A DNA stretch of 64,000 nt, taken from contig NC_135819.1 in the NCBI RefSeq assembly GCF_964213995.1, positions 46,996,001-47,060,000 of the forward strand, in the 5' to 3' direction. How positions within the stretch are numbered: position 1 is the first letter of the stretch; each line of letters opens with the position of its first letter. The position numbers and the translations under genes were made by a program. Positions 51,246-63,304 of this stretch are shown here, in pieces. This DNA comes from Mustelus asterias (Eukaryota). The notes beneath the pieces were generated by a model, which worked only from the letters and a program-made list of their open reading frames with translations, searched no databases and was not told the DNA's origin.

Positions 51246-52225
51246 GAGGAGGAGGGATCTTCCTACTTCTTAGTAGATGTTGCTGGTCCGACTTCTCTCA
51301 GAATGCACCAGTGAAATCCCTCAGCTGCCTCTACTGTAAGACTCAGCTGCTGCGTCTTAGGTCTGCTGTTCAGTTGCTTAAATTTGAAATAACTTTGTCT
51401 TGTTTACAGCTCATCCATCACAGGTGATGTTACCTGCTGAGCATGTGATTGCCCAATTGGTATTCCATCTTCGCTCAGTCTGGAATCTGGTCAGAATATC
51501 ATCCTCCTGGGCTGAAACCCATTTCTTCACCAGTTCTGGATCTTATAGTGACTGCCGTTTTACAGTCCTACGATCGATCCTCCACACCACCTGACTCTTC
51601 ATTCTCATGGAAATACCTCCTGCAATGCATTCACCAATAATCCATCCTTCAAATACTTTCAGACTCTCTTGTCCTCCCCACACCTGTCTCTGATCCTGGA
51701 CATCAATTCGGCAAGCTGACTCTTGTGAACAACATCTATTTTATCCCTCCATAGAACCTCTGACTTTAATTCTGGGCCCTCTCACATTGTCCCTTCTGTC
51801 TCTGCCCTGTTCATTGCCAGAATAAATGTATCATAATCATGCAATGTAATCAGACCAATATAATCTGAGTGGCCACATGTCCATTTTCATCTGTTTCTTG
51901 GCTGCTTTTTCTCCTCCCCCCCCCCTTAAGACTCATCCCTGCTGTCCTGTCTCCTTTCATTTCTTCCACCACGATACTCTGCCCTCTTAAATCCCTACCC
52001 CAATGCTTCAGCACCCCTCGCAGAATGGTTACAACAGAAGGCGGCCATTGAGCCCGTCGTGTCTGTGTCGGTTCTCAGAAGGAGCAATTCACCTCCGCCA
52101 CTCATCCCTGTAGCCTTGCATAGTCTTCCTTTTCAGATCGTAATCCAATTATCTGCTGAATGGCTCAGTTGAATCTGCCTCCACCACACTCTCAGGCAGC
52201 GCATTCCAGATCCTAACCACTCACT

Positions 52226-52352
52226 GGGCGGGATTTTACGGTCTCGCGCGTCCTGAAACCGTAAAATCCCGCCCAAAGTCAACAAACCTTTCCATGGTCT
52301 GCCTCTCGCCCGCTCCGATTCCTATGGTGGGAGCAATGGTAAAATTCCGGCC
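52226..52352. mobile_element. MITE-like hairpin element
   Basis: Perfect 17-bp stem GGGCGGGATTTTACGGT/ACCGTAAAATCCCGCCC. Terminal gtaaaattccggcc. Interrupts CR1 sequence. Confidence 0.75.
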
Positions 52353-54258
52353 ATGTGAGGAAAAGCTTTTCCTCCTGTTGCCATTGCTTCTTTTGCTAAT
52401 TACCCTAACTCTATGCCCTCTTGTTCTCGATCCTTCCACCAATGGGAACAGTTTTTCCTTATCATAGGAACACACGAATTAGGAGTGGGATTAAACAATT
52501 CAGTCCTTCAAGTCCACTTAACATGATCATGGCTGATTTTATCCTGGTCTCAACTCCACTTTCCTGCCTGCTCCCTATAAGCCCTTTATTCCATTTTTCA
52601 TCAGAAACATATCTTTCTCTTTCTTGAATCTATGATTGATTCTGCCTCCACTGCACTCTGGGGCAATGAGTTCCACATATTCACAACCCTTTGAGAGAAG
52701 TAGTTTCTCCTCATCTCAGTTTTGAACCTACCCCCTCTCACTCTATATCTATGACCTCTTGTTCTAGACTGTCCCACAAGGGGGAACATCTGTTCAACAG
52801 CCACCTTATCAATCCCCTTTAGCATTTTATATACCTCAATCAGTTCCCCCCCCCTCATTCTTTTGAACTCCAGTGAGTACAAGCCCAAGCTATTCAACCA
52901 CTGATCATACGACAGCCCTTTTATCCCTGGAATCAATCTGGTGAACCTCCTCTAAACTGCCTCTAGTGCCACCACATCCTTCCTCAAGTAAGGAGACCTA
53001 AACTGGACACAATACTCCAGGTGCGGTCTCATCAACACCTTATACAACTATAACAACACTACTTTTAAAATCTAATCCTTTTGCAATAAATGCCAAGATT
53101 CAATTTCCTTTTTATTATATGCTACATACATTCGTGCACAAGGACACCCAAATCCCTCTACACTGATGCACTTTGAATCTGCTTCCCATTTAAATAATAA
53201 TTTGCCCTTTTATTTATCTGGCAAAAAGGATAACATTGCACTTAGCCACATTAAACTCCATCTGCTAGATTCCGGCCCATTCTCCTAGCCTATCAACATC
53301 CATCTGCAACTCATTATCTCCTCATCACACCCATTTTAGTATCATCCACATTTTTTTCCTCTGTTACACTCTGTCCCTGCTTGCAGATCATGTATTCTGC
53401 CCAGACCACTCATGATTTTGAATACAACTATCAAATCTCTCATATTTGTCTTTCGCAAGGTAAAGTCCTAACTTTTCCAATCTGTCTTCATAACTGGAGT
53501 TCCTCATCCCTGGAACCATTTCCATCAGTCTTTTCTGCACTCTCTCCAATGCTTTCATATCTTTCATAAAGTGTGGTGCCCAGAACTGGATGTAATACTT
53601 CTGATGAAGCCAAATTGGTATTCTGTACAAGTTTTTAACATGACTTCCTTGCTTTTGTTCACTATGGTCCTAGGATGTTGCATGCTATATTACTCACTCT
53701 TTCAACCTGTCCTGCCACTGTCAATAATTTATACACATATACACCAGGTCCCTCTGCACCTATAACCCCTTAAGGATTGTAGTCTATTATATAGTCTCTA
53801 CACATTCTTCCAACCAAAATGAATCACTTCACACTTCTTTGAATTATATTTCATCTGCCACTTGTCTGCCGATTCCACAATCTGTCAATATCCTTATGAA
53901 GTTCTACACTATCCTCCTCACAGTTCGCAATACTTTCAAGTTTTGTATTGTTGAATATTTTAAAAGGCCATATTTTTATATATATATCTGTTTCCTGCCA
54001 CTCAGCTAATATTGGACTCATGTTGCTACTGTTCCTTTTATTCCACGAGCTCCATGTTTGACCACAAGTTTGTTGTTTGGCACTTCATCAAATGCATTTT
54101 GGAAGTCCATGTATATCACAAGAACAACATTATTCTCACCAATCTTCTGCTACCTCATCAAAAAACTTAGCAAGTTAGTCAAACATGATTTGCCCTTAAC
54201 AAATTCATGCTTGCTTTCCTTACATTCACCTAAGTGTCTATTAATTTTGTCCTGATTT

Positions 54259-54553
54259 AGGGCAGCACTGTGGCACAGTGTCAGGGGCCCGGGTTCAGTT
54301 CTGGCCTTGGGTGACTGTCTGTGTGGAGTTTGCACATTCTCCCCGTGTCTGCGTGGGTTTCCTCTGGATGCGCCGGTTCCCTCCCACAGTCCAAAGATGT
54401 GCGAGTTAGGTTGATTGACCATGCTAAATTGCCCTTTAGTATCAGGGGCACAAGCAGGGTAAATATGTGGGGCTATGGGGAATAGGGCCTGGGTGGGACT
54501 GTTGTCGATGCAGGCTTGATGGCCTCCTTCTGCAGTGTAGGGATTCTATGATT
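54259..54553 (+). mobile_element. HE1-like V-SINE
   Basis: V-domain and tail gtagggattctatgattcta. Confidence 0.88.
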
Positions 54554-56714
54554 CTATCTTTTTCTAGAAGTTTCCCAACTACTGAGGTTAAAGTGACAGA
54601 CCTGCAGATACTAGGCTTGCATCATTGTTCAAAAAAAGGATTTAAAGATAACATTTGCAATTCTGCAGTCCTCTGGCACCACCCTTGAATCTAAGGAAAA
54701 TTGGAAAATTATTTCCAATTTCCACTCTATCTTTCCTCAGCATCCTTGGGTGTGTCTCATTCAGTCCTGGTTCCTTAGCAACTTTACTACAGACAGCCTA
54801 TACTCAACATTCCTATTCTCCTGCTACTGATTGGTGCTTATTTCCCTCACAGAAAAATGAACAGGTCTTACTTCTGTGCCTCTCCTGGCATCCATTGAAG
54901 GGTCCAGTGAGACACTTTTTACTGCCATCTTATGGGTAGCAACCTCAACTGCCCCATTCTATTCACTTGCAGACCTTCCCTCTCCACACTTCTCTCAATA
55001 CTGACCCTGTGGACTCTGCCACTAAATCAGCTTTCATTTAAAATTCTCATTCTGTACACCAGCACCCCACCCCAACACAAAAATATCATGCTAATTATCT
55101 CATTGGATATCTTTTTTCTCCCTCAATCTCCACATTGGGCAACTTCTCACCCTTAATGATTTCAACCGCCATCTGAACTCTCAGTTCACTGCCGGTCTAT
55201 TATCCCTTAACCTCTCCCAACATGCACACTTGCCTACCCATTTTTGTGGCCCCCTCCTTGACCTAGCCATCTCAGGTGGCCTTGCTGTCAATAACGGAGA
55301 AAGCCAACTCTGATCACTTCTTTATATCAGCTACTATCCTCACCAACCCTACTTCCTTCTGTGTCCAACCCTGGAAAAAAGCTCTCTCCCAATTTACTTA
55401 AAATTGCAGTTTAAATTTCTCAGGCCATCTAGCCTTTGGCCCTTCATTCACCAGGACATTTCTATAACTACCAATCTGCTCAACCAAACCCTCACCCCCA
55501 CCTTTGATGGCTTGATCCCCATTAAAATCAATATTCTAACTTGAGTCATTGCCCCCATGTATGGCCCTCACCTCAACTCCCTGAAGTCCAATGGACACAG
55601 ACTTGTTTATGGCAGAAAACACGGCCAGTCTCTTTGAAAAATGTCAAATTTGACAAAATATATACCAGCAAGACAATATTAAATGCATATATTTTCCTTT
55701 CAGGCCGCTTATTTGGACAGTGTGTTATTGTTTCCATGACATTGAAACTATATGGCTCTTTCATAGGTTTCAAAGTGCCCCATGCAAAAATTTCAATGCA
55801 GCTATCATTTGACTGATCAAATCAGTGTCCAGATCTACAGTAAACAAGCCACAGACCTCAGAATGTCTGTCTGCTGACACAGCACTGTTTACAGATGAGA
55901 AAAATCACTTGATCCATATTAATTTATCTAACCAGAAAGTTTCCAAAGTTCCCCCATTGCAGCATTCAATTATTTTATAAATTATTCTAGGAAGATTGCC
56001 TCCACAACTCTATCTGGATGTCTAATCTCTGTGCTTTTTTGGAAAAACAACTGGTTAATTAAAGGGCTAAATTTCTTTTACTAGTCTGAACTTCTGTTCC
56101 CTTATCGGAGCCTCACAATTTAGTTTCAAATACTTTTCTGAATTTATCTTTATCATACCATTTATTATTTTACCTGTGCAAGATTACCTCTTAGATCACC
56201 TTTCAACACTGGAAAGCCCAAGTACTCCCAGTTTTATTTTTGTCAAAATTCTGCAGTCTTATGATTCCCTGAATATCTAAATGATTCCAAAGGACCTATG
56301 TCATATTGACCCTGGTTCAACTGAACTCAACAAGCCCAACATCAGTTTAGGTACAACACTCTATTTTTGTAACTCTGTTCCCTCCCCTCTACTTCCATGG
56401 CGTCTCAGTGTCCAAAATTGAGTATTGTACTGGACACAAGTGCAGTATATCAGAACACAATTGTGGTCTGTTTCTAGTTGTCAATCCTTGTTGTGTCCAG
56501 ATCCATATGAAGTAGATCAGGGTTTCCCAAAGTTTCCCAGCCACAGAACCCTTTTGACTCCCAAGAGCACTGACAGAACCCCTGTGAAACATTCTTATTG
56601 TGATAAAGAGTTCAACCACAAAAAATGATTGTTTTCATGCAATAGCTACAAACATGCAAAATTCTAACTTAGAGAAGGATTTTCAATTTCTGGTATGCTT
56701 ATTATAATTAAAAA

Positions 56715-57050
56715 GCTGGTGGAATTTGAATTCAGTTAATACATCTGGAGTATAAATCTAGTCTCAGTAATGGTGATCACAAAACTATCATCGATTGTTG
56801 TAAAAATCCATCTGGTTCAACGTTGCCCCTTTAGGGAAAGGAAATCTACCACCCTTATCTGGTCTGGCCTACATGTGACTCCAGATCCACAGCAGTGTGG
56901 TAGACTTTGAACAGCATTCTGAAATGGCCTATAAAACCATTGAGTCCCTTTTTTTGTGTATGTGTGTGTAAGTAAGGGGGGGGGGGGGCGGCGGGGGGGT
57001 GGAGGACAAAGGTTGGCCTTGCCAGCAATTCCTATGAAGGAATAAAGAAA
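56715..57050 (+). mobile_element. SINE family 2, 5'-truncated
   Basis: Core homologous to 8820-9020. Confidence 0.65.
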
Positions 57051-57164
57051 ACAAAAGTCCCAACTGGCTCACGAATGTCCTCACTAACGTTCTTTTACAA
57101 AACGAACACTGTTTCTGTCCTGGATTTTGCCAAAATGTAACTATCGTGTGTATACTGGAGATCT

Positions 57165-57388
57165 GAAAGTGCTTGAAAAACATCGACAAGTCTGGCAGTA
57201 TCAATGGAGAGGGAAACAGAGTTAAGGTTTTGAACGCAGTATGACTCTTCTTCAGAACCCTCTTAGTTCAGTCTGATCAGTTCTGAAGCAGAGTCATACC
57301 TGTATTTGATTCAAAGTGTTAACTTTGTTTCTCGCTCCACAGATGCTGCTGGATCTACTGAATTTTTTCAGCACCTGCTGTTTTTATT
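57165..57388. mobile_element. Old inverted pair of Penelope-type terminal repeats with decayed hammerhead cores
   Basis: tatgactcttcttcagaac (57240-57258) pairs with gttctgaagcagagtcata (57280-57298). The arms extend imperfectly for ~90-105 bp. Confidence 0.6.
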
Positions 57389-59852
57389 CCACTATAATGC
57401 AGTTTACTCTACAACATCCTTCTAACGTAAGCTGACACATCCTATCAAAACTGTTACAAAAAAAAAATCCACATGGACTGCAGCAGTTCATGAAAGCAGT
57501 TTATCACCATCTTCTAAATCAGGGATGGGCAATAGATGCTGGTTTTGTTCACGTGGTCACATTGCGTGAACAAATTAAGTTAATGCCAGATTGATCCTTG
57601 ATTACCAGAATCGGCAAACAAGGAGGGATACTTGACTTGGGGGTGTGTCAACCAGAAAGGCAATGACTTTGAGGCTAATTTACTCTCTTCTATTAAAAAA
57701 GGCAGAGCACTTTCAGAGAAAAAAAATTCAAGATTTTCATTCTTGGTTAAATATGTTTTAAAGAAATTAGTCTGCTTAAACTGGATATTAGAAACAGTCT
57801 TTGGAAGCTTGTGGGAATTGTCCATAAGAAATGAGCAACACAGCCTTAATTCTTATTTCTGGTACTCAGAAACCCATTCTTCTTATTCATCATCATTAGC
57901 AAGCACAATCCATTGAATAGATTTGTCAACTATGTTGTTATCCAAACCTGCCTTCTCACAAGCTACTTTTATCCATCCGCACATTTTGGTGAGAGACAAA
58001 AGGAGGTTCTCATACTGGTGGAAGAGTTAATGGCCCAAAGAGGTTCAAGCCAAAGAATGTTGCTGAACCAGTTTAGGATATAGTGATTGCACCAGTGGAA
58101 TTCCTAAAAATAGATCCACCCCTTCTTGAAAAAGTAAGATTCTGTTGTCTTCCTCAACTTTACAAAGATATAGTGTTACAAGCTCCTTATTCTTCCGTCT
58201 TAGCTTACTGAAGAAAGAGTTGGAGTAGATGAGCAACCCTAGGCACCAAGGTGTCTGCATATTATGTCAACCCTGGAACAACTGAATTCAGCAAGTCTAA
58301 CATCAGTTTAAGGTACAACACTCTATACTTTTGTAACTTTGTTCCCTCCCCTCTACTTCCATGGTTGACTGAAGAGCATCATTAAGCATCAAAACTGAAA
58401 TTTGAGGACAGTGTTTGTGTATATATATATTATACATATTTGGAAGTCACACAATAATGTGTTATTTTTCAAGACTCTCTTGCACTCCTGATTTGCAGTG
58501 ATGTAGGTTATGAGAGGAAACTACCTGTGTGCTGCAAATCAACAGACTCTGTGTTTGCTTCTGCTAAATTTTATTCTATTCATTTAATTTCAGAGCAAAT
58601 AAATACTCTGAAATTTATATGGACCAGACAGTCGCTGCATTACATTACGGTGACTCCACAGACAGTCAAGGTACAGTCATGTTATTTATATGGTTTGATA
58701 ACGGGGGTTGTGCTTTTATTGTTACTTTACCTGCCATGTAAGCAACTAAAATAAAACTGACCCCTACTCTTGGATTATCTAAATATTGTGCTGAAAATTA
58801 ATTTAATGTAAATAAGATAGATAATTTTGAAATTATTTGCTATTATTTTTTGTGGCCCTGTTTAAAAAAAGCACATTAAAGATAGTGCACATGTATAGAC
58901 ATGTGCTCATCAATTGTTTCAATACTTTACTTGCACAGATACACATAATGCTATCAACTAAGAAATTGAAAATATTTGATGCTCTAAATTAAGAATGTTT
59001 TAATGTTTTGTATTGAAGGGTGAATTGTTAAGACAATACAGCATGTCTCTCCATCTGTAAAACAAAAACATGATTTTTTTAAACTTTGGTTTTCCAAACT
59101 TCTTCTTTTTATTGGAGGTGCTAATTCTAGGTTAAATAACTCCCAATATGTCACCGCAGCTATTTGAGTTTAGGCAGTAAATTTGACAGGCAAATTCTGT
59201 GATCCTCTTTTCACCTGACAACTACACATTTCAGTAAAGGTTACTGAATTGCAATCAGGATTGGGAAATTGCTGGTTAACTTTCTTCTCTTCCCTGGTCC
59301 ATTGTCGCTGCATGAGGCAACTTGTTTTGATTCAACTGCTACCCCTGCCTGCTGAAATCATTAAATGCTGCACATGACAAGGATTCAGGTTCGGAGCTTC
59401 TCAAATGGGCTAATGCTACACGTGGAGAGGCTTAAGGGCAGATTAAGGCACTGCGCCAAGGACTCCCTACCAAATATGCAATTATGTCTAATTTTATCCG
59501 AAAATATTGTGACATACTTTGTTTTATTATTAATGCAGTGCACAATCATTCCAGTGGCCTACTTGTGCATTTTACTATACATTTATGTTTTAATGGGTTG
59601 AGAGAGAGATTTGTTTGGGGACATGTGGAAGGGCCCCAAATATTCTTGGTGCCCAGGACTCCAAGAATTCTTAATCTGCCTCTGTAAATGCCCTTACCTA
59701 CGAGCCAATGGGGGAATTTGTTTTGTTTTAACTTCTGTTTATTTCTGGCAATCGGTATTGTACCCAACCTGGGTCAGAACAGCTACACCGTACTTTCAAG
59801 ATGCAAACACAAATTATTTGCATTGTAAGATCTATAGCATGGAATTTAAAAA

Positions 59853-60147
59853 CTAAGATCAAGTGTAGTATTGACATGCTGTGCTTGGTTGAAGTCATTA
59901 GGTTACATTTTAGCTTCATTGGAAGCAATTTTTAAAAGCGGTATCTCAACCTTTAGGCTAAGATGCAAATGAGATCAAGCCTTGGAGGAGGAGCTATGCC
60001 TACTCCAATCAGCTTGGATCATGTAGATCAAGCCCAAGACAGGAGGTGAGAGCCCTGTCTTGTCAGCTTGGATCGGGAATGTCTCAACTTGTTGAGACTC
60101 TGAATTGGACTTGATTTGATTGAATTGGAATAAAAATACAAAAAAAA
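59853..60147 (+). other. U2 snRNA-headed, structured, A-tailed element (candidate SINE/ncRNA retrocopy)
   Basis: CTAAGATCAAGTGTAGTAT equals U2 nt 21-39. A second U2-like segment lies at 59944-59964. Hairpins at 59972-60098, A-rich tail at 60129-60147. Confidence 0.7.
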
Positions 60148-60293
60148 GTATGCAATCATACAACAACAATGTACATTTATAATGCACTTCATTTATGCAG
60201 AGGTTGTCAGAGGACTTTACAATAAGGCCAAGTAAGAACATAGAGAATAGGTGAGGAAAATGGAGAGGTGAGGAGTTCTTGAAAGTGGAGTGA

Positions 60294-60664
60294 GGGGGGA
60301 GTTGATGGTCTACTGGTATTATTGCTAGACTATTAATCCAGAAACACAGCTAACGTTTGGGGGACCTGGTTTCGAATTCTACTGTGGCAGATGGTGGAAT
60401 TTAATTTCAAATGAAAAAAAAAATCTGGAATTAGGAATCTACTGATGACATGAAACCACTGTTGATTGACAGAAAAACCCATTAGTTTCACTAATGTCCT
60501 TTAGGGAAGAAAATCTGCCGTCCTTATCCAGTCTAGCCCACATGTGACTCCAGACCCACAGCAATATGATTGATTCTCAATTGACCTCCAAGGGCGACTA
60601 GAGATGGGCAATAAATGCTAGCCAGCCAGTGGTGCCCATATCCCATGAACGAATAAAACAAAAG
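60294..60664 (+). mobile_element. SINE family 2
   Basis: Full-length homologue of 8728-9095. Confidence 0.8.
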
Positions 60665-61485
60665 TGGACAGAAGGGGCTGGGTAGAAAATCCCATGTGGC
60701 ATCAGCATTATAGGTGAACAAATTTCAACCCCAGATCTCTACTTTGGTGCCTCACTTATTGTGATAAAATACGATGAGTTATTAAAGCATAAAATTCAGC
60801 AGCACTCTTGTTTTGCTTTGAAATAGGCCTTTTAAGAACTTCCCCTTGCTTTCCTTCCCTGAAGAGCGAAAGAGGGCAATGTAACCATGTTGATTGCTGG
60901 TAACTGGCATTGGCAACTTTAACCCAATCATTTATTTCAAATGTCCTAGTCAGTTATGTTTTCTCATTAAAATGGGAAGCAGTAAATATTGCACCAGTCC
61001 ACAAGAGGAAATCTCGAAGTCAAACTTTAATGTCAATGGACCAATCCAGATACGAATACCTATAATAACATGTATATTCCAAGCCTTTTAGAATTGTTGC
61101 AACATCTCAGTCATAGCTACTGGACATCGGATTGTCAATTTAGTTTTGGAATAAATCGTTCAACCTTTGACACTTTCAAACTCATGCCCTTTTGTGAAGT
61201 AATTCTTTTAATGCCAGCATGAACTGGGTAACAATAACTTGCATTTTCACAGCAAGTTTTTAGGCAGAAAATTAACCTATGCTGAACAATAAAGCACAGG
61301 AATAATTTCCGTTTTTTCTTTGAATAGTGTCTTATCCACCTAAGTAGGCTCACTGTGCTTCCATCTCACATCTCATTCAAAAGGTGGCACCTCCCACAGT
61401 GTGATACTTCCTCAGTTCTGCACTGAATTTTTCACCTAACTTATGTGCTCAAGTCCTTGTTGGGAATTGGGTTTGGCATGAGAAT

Positions 61486-61739
61486 TGTGATAACCCCCGG
61501 ACTTGGGTGGGGAATCACTGACTGACCTTCTTCTCCTAGAATGCGAGTTCCCTGGTGATTGCTAATTACCTTACCAGGTGGAGCTCGTACACCAAGCCCT
61601 TTATAAAGCAAGCCCCTCATTGGGTCCATTGTTGTATTGTCTCGGTTGGGACCTGTTTGTGTTCACCACAGGCTTCTGGTTACTTTATTTTGTGCAATAA
61701 AGCATTGTTCCTTTACAGCTGACTCCTGGAGTTATTGTA
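61486..61739 (+). mobile_element. Probable solo LTR
   Basis: Starts TGTGA. TATAAA at 61602-61607, AATAAA at 61696-61701. Flanked by agaat/agagt (imperfect 5-bp TSD). The 3' end lacks the canonical CA. Confidence 0.5.
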
Positions 61740-62906
61740 AGAGTAAAAATGCTGAAAATGATCAGCAGGCAGTGGAAAGATTGACCACAAATAAAGCTCT
61801 TCCTGCTTCCTAAAACCTGACAGCGTTGATATGAAAGTTCATTATCTTTTCTCTAATTATCTTAACATTTAATTGGTTTGACGTTGCCATGACTTTTTCC
61901 CTTTTACTTTGCCTTCCCTGTTATTCTTTTCAGTCACTATGGACCTTCTTCTCTCAATGAAAGAAAACAACACCAATAAGAATCCAAAAAATATTTTTAG
62001 CTATAATAGACCAGATAGATTTTTCAGGAAAATGTCTTGGGAAACGAGACAACTGAAGATCAAAATTGTGTCTGATGTGTTAAATATATATCTACATATC
62101 AGCCTTCTCAAATGGCCACATTACATTTCCAGTTAGTCATATTGTCTCAGAAATTTCTTAACAAGAAGACACCATTAAAATGTTTATGAAGAGATTTGTA
62201 AATAAAGTGTCCACAAATCATGAAAAGATTTACTTTTGCATTTATAAGAAAGTAGCAAGGAAACACGGACCTCTGCTGCACCAAGAACGCGCAAGCCATA
62301 CTAGTGGACTAGTGAATATTAACTTGATATTCAAAGGGAGATATAAAACTGCTTGATTTATATGACATGACTATAAGGCCAGAAGGAATAGTTGGCTTGG
62401 CTTCAGAAGGATAGTTAATTCCTCACAAATTTATAGAGTCCTGCCACAGACACAATGGCTGGATGGCCTCCTCCTGTGCTTTAAATCACTCAATGTTTCT
62501 ATGACAGCTATCCAGTCAGTCTAATTTGCTTGAGGTTTCAGGGAGCAGGGATAACAATTCTGTATTATAAAGGTTATGGTTCCTAAATTAATTGAAAATT
62601 AGCTAGTTAAATTGGAAACTCTATTGGTAATAGAAAATGAATAAAGCTCTTTCTCACTAGCGTGCGGACTTGCTCCAGAGTTTGGTTATGACAATTGCAT
62701 CAGTTGTTGAGCAGAGTTACTTCTAATTGTATAACCTTTATCAGTGACAGCCAACTATGTAACTAGGTGACAAATATAAAGGAAATAAGCAGCAACAAAA
62801 TGATCTTGTACTTCAGAATTTGACAGAGTCTAATCTTGACTTATTAAGGACTGGATTTATTGGGGATTATTAATAAGAATAGTGTTTAAAGTTTAAAGAT
62901 TTTTAA

Positions 62907-63304
62907 AAGTTTATTTATTAGTGTCACAAGTAGGCTTACATTAACACTGCAAAGAAGTTACTGTGAAAATCTCCTAGTCGCCACACTCCGGTGCCTGTTC
63001 GGGTATACTAAGGGAGAATTTAGCATGGCCAACGCATCTAACCACCACATCTTTAAGATGGTGGGAGGAAACCGGAGCACCCGAAGGAAACTCACGCAGG
63101 CACGGGGAGAATACAGACTCTGCACAAGGTTGAGCGAGACTGGACAATCTCACCCGAGGTCAATAGACCTTCCCATTGTCCGCCCCTCGCCCATTCCAAT
63201 TCCATGGCAGTCAGGGTGGTAGAATTCCAATAAGTGACACAAGGCGGGAATCGAACCCAGGTCCCTGGCACTATGAGGCAGCAGTGCTAACCACTGTGCT
63301 GCCT
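62907..63304 (-). mobile_element. V-SINE tail type B with a partial MITE inserted at ~63140-63230
   Basis: Homologous to 508-810. The insert gaggtcaatagacct...ccatgg...gtagaattcc matches 41408-41512 and 52226-52352. Confidence 0.82.

Larger units (their letters stand above)
52020..54770 (-). mobile_element. Old CR1 carrying nested insertions: MITE (52226-52352), second CR1 3' fragment (52463-53385), V-SINE (54259-54553)
   Basis: Host CR1 coding is collinear across the insertions. The inner CR1 has its own tail (cataggaac) and ORF 52601..52936. Confidence 0.82.

Noticed and set aside
59853-59871. Functional U2 snRNA gene
   Set aside because: Only nt 21-39 match. There is no Sm site or 3' stem-loops. 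Reported instead as a U2-derived element.
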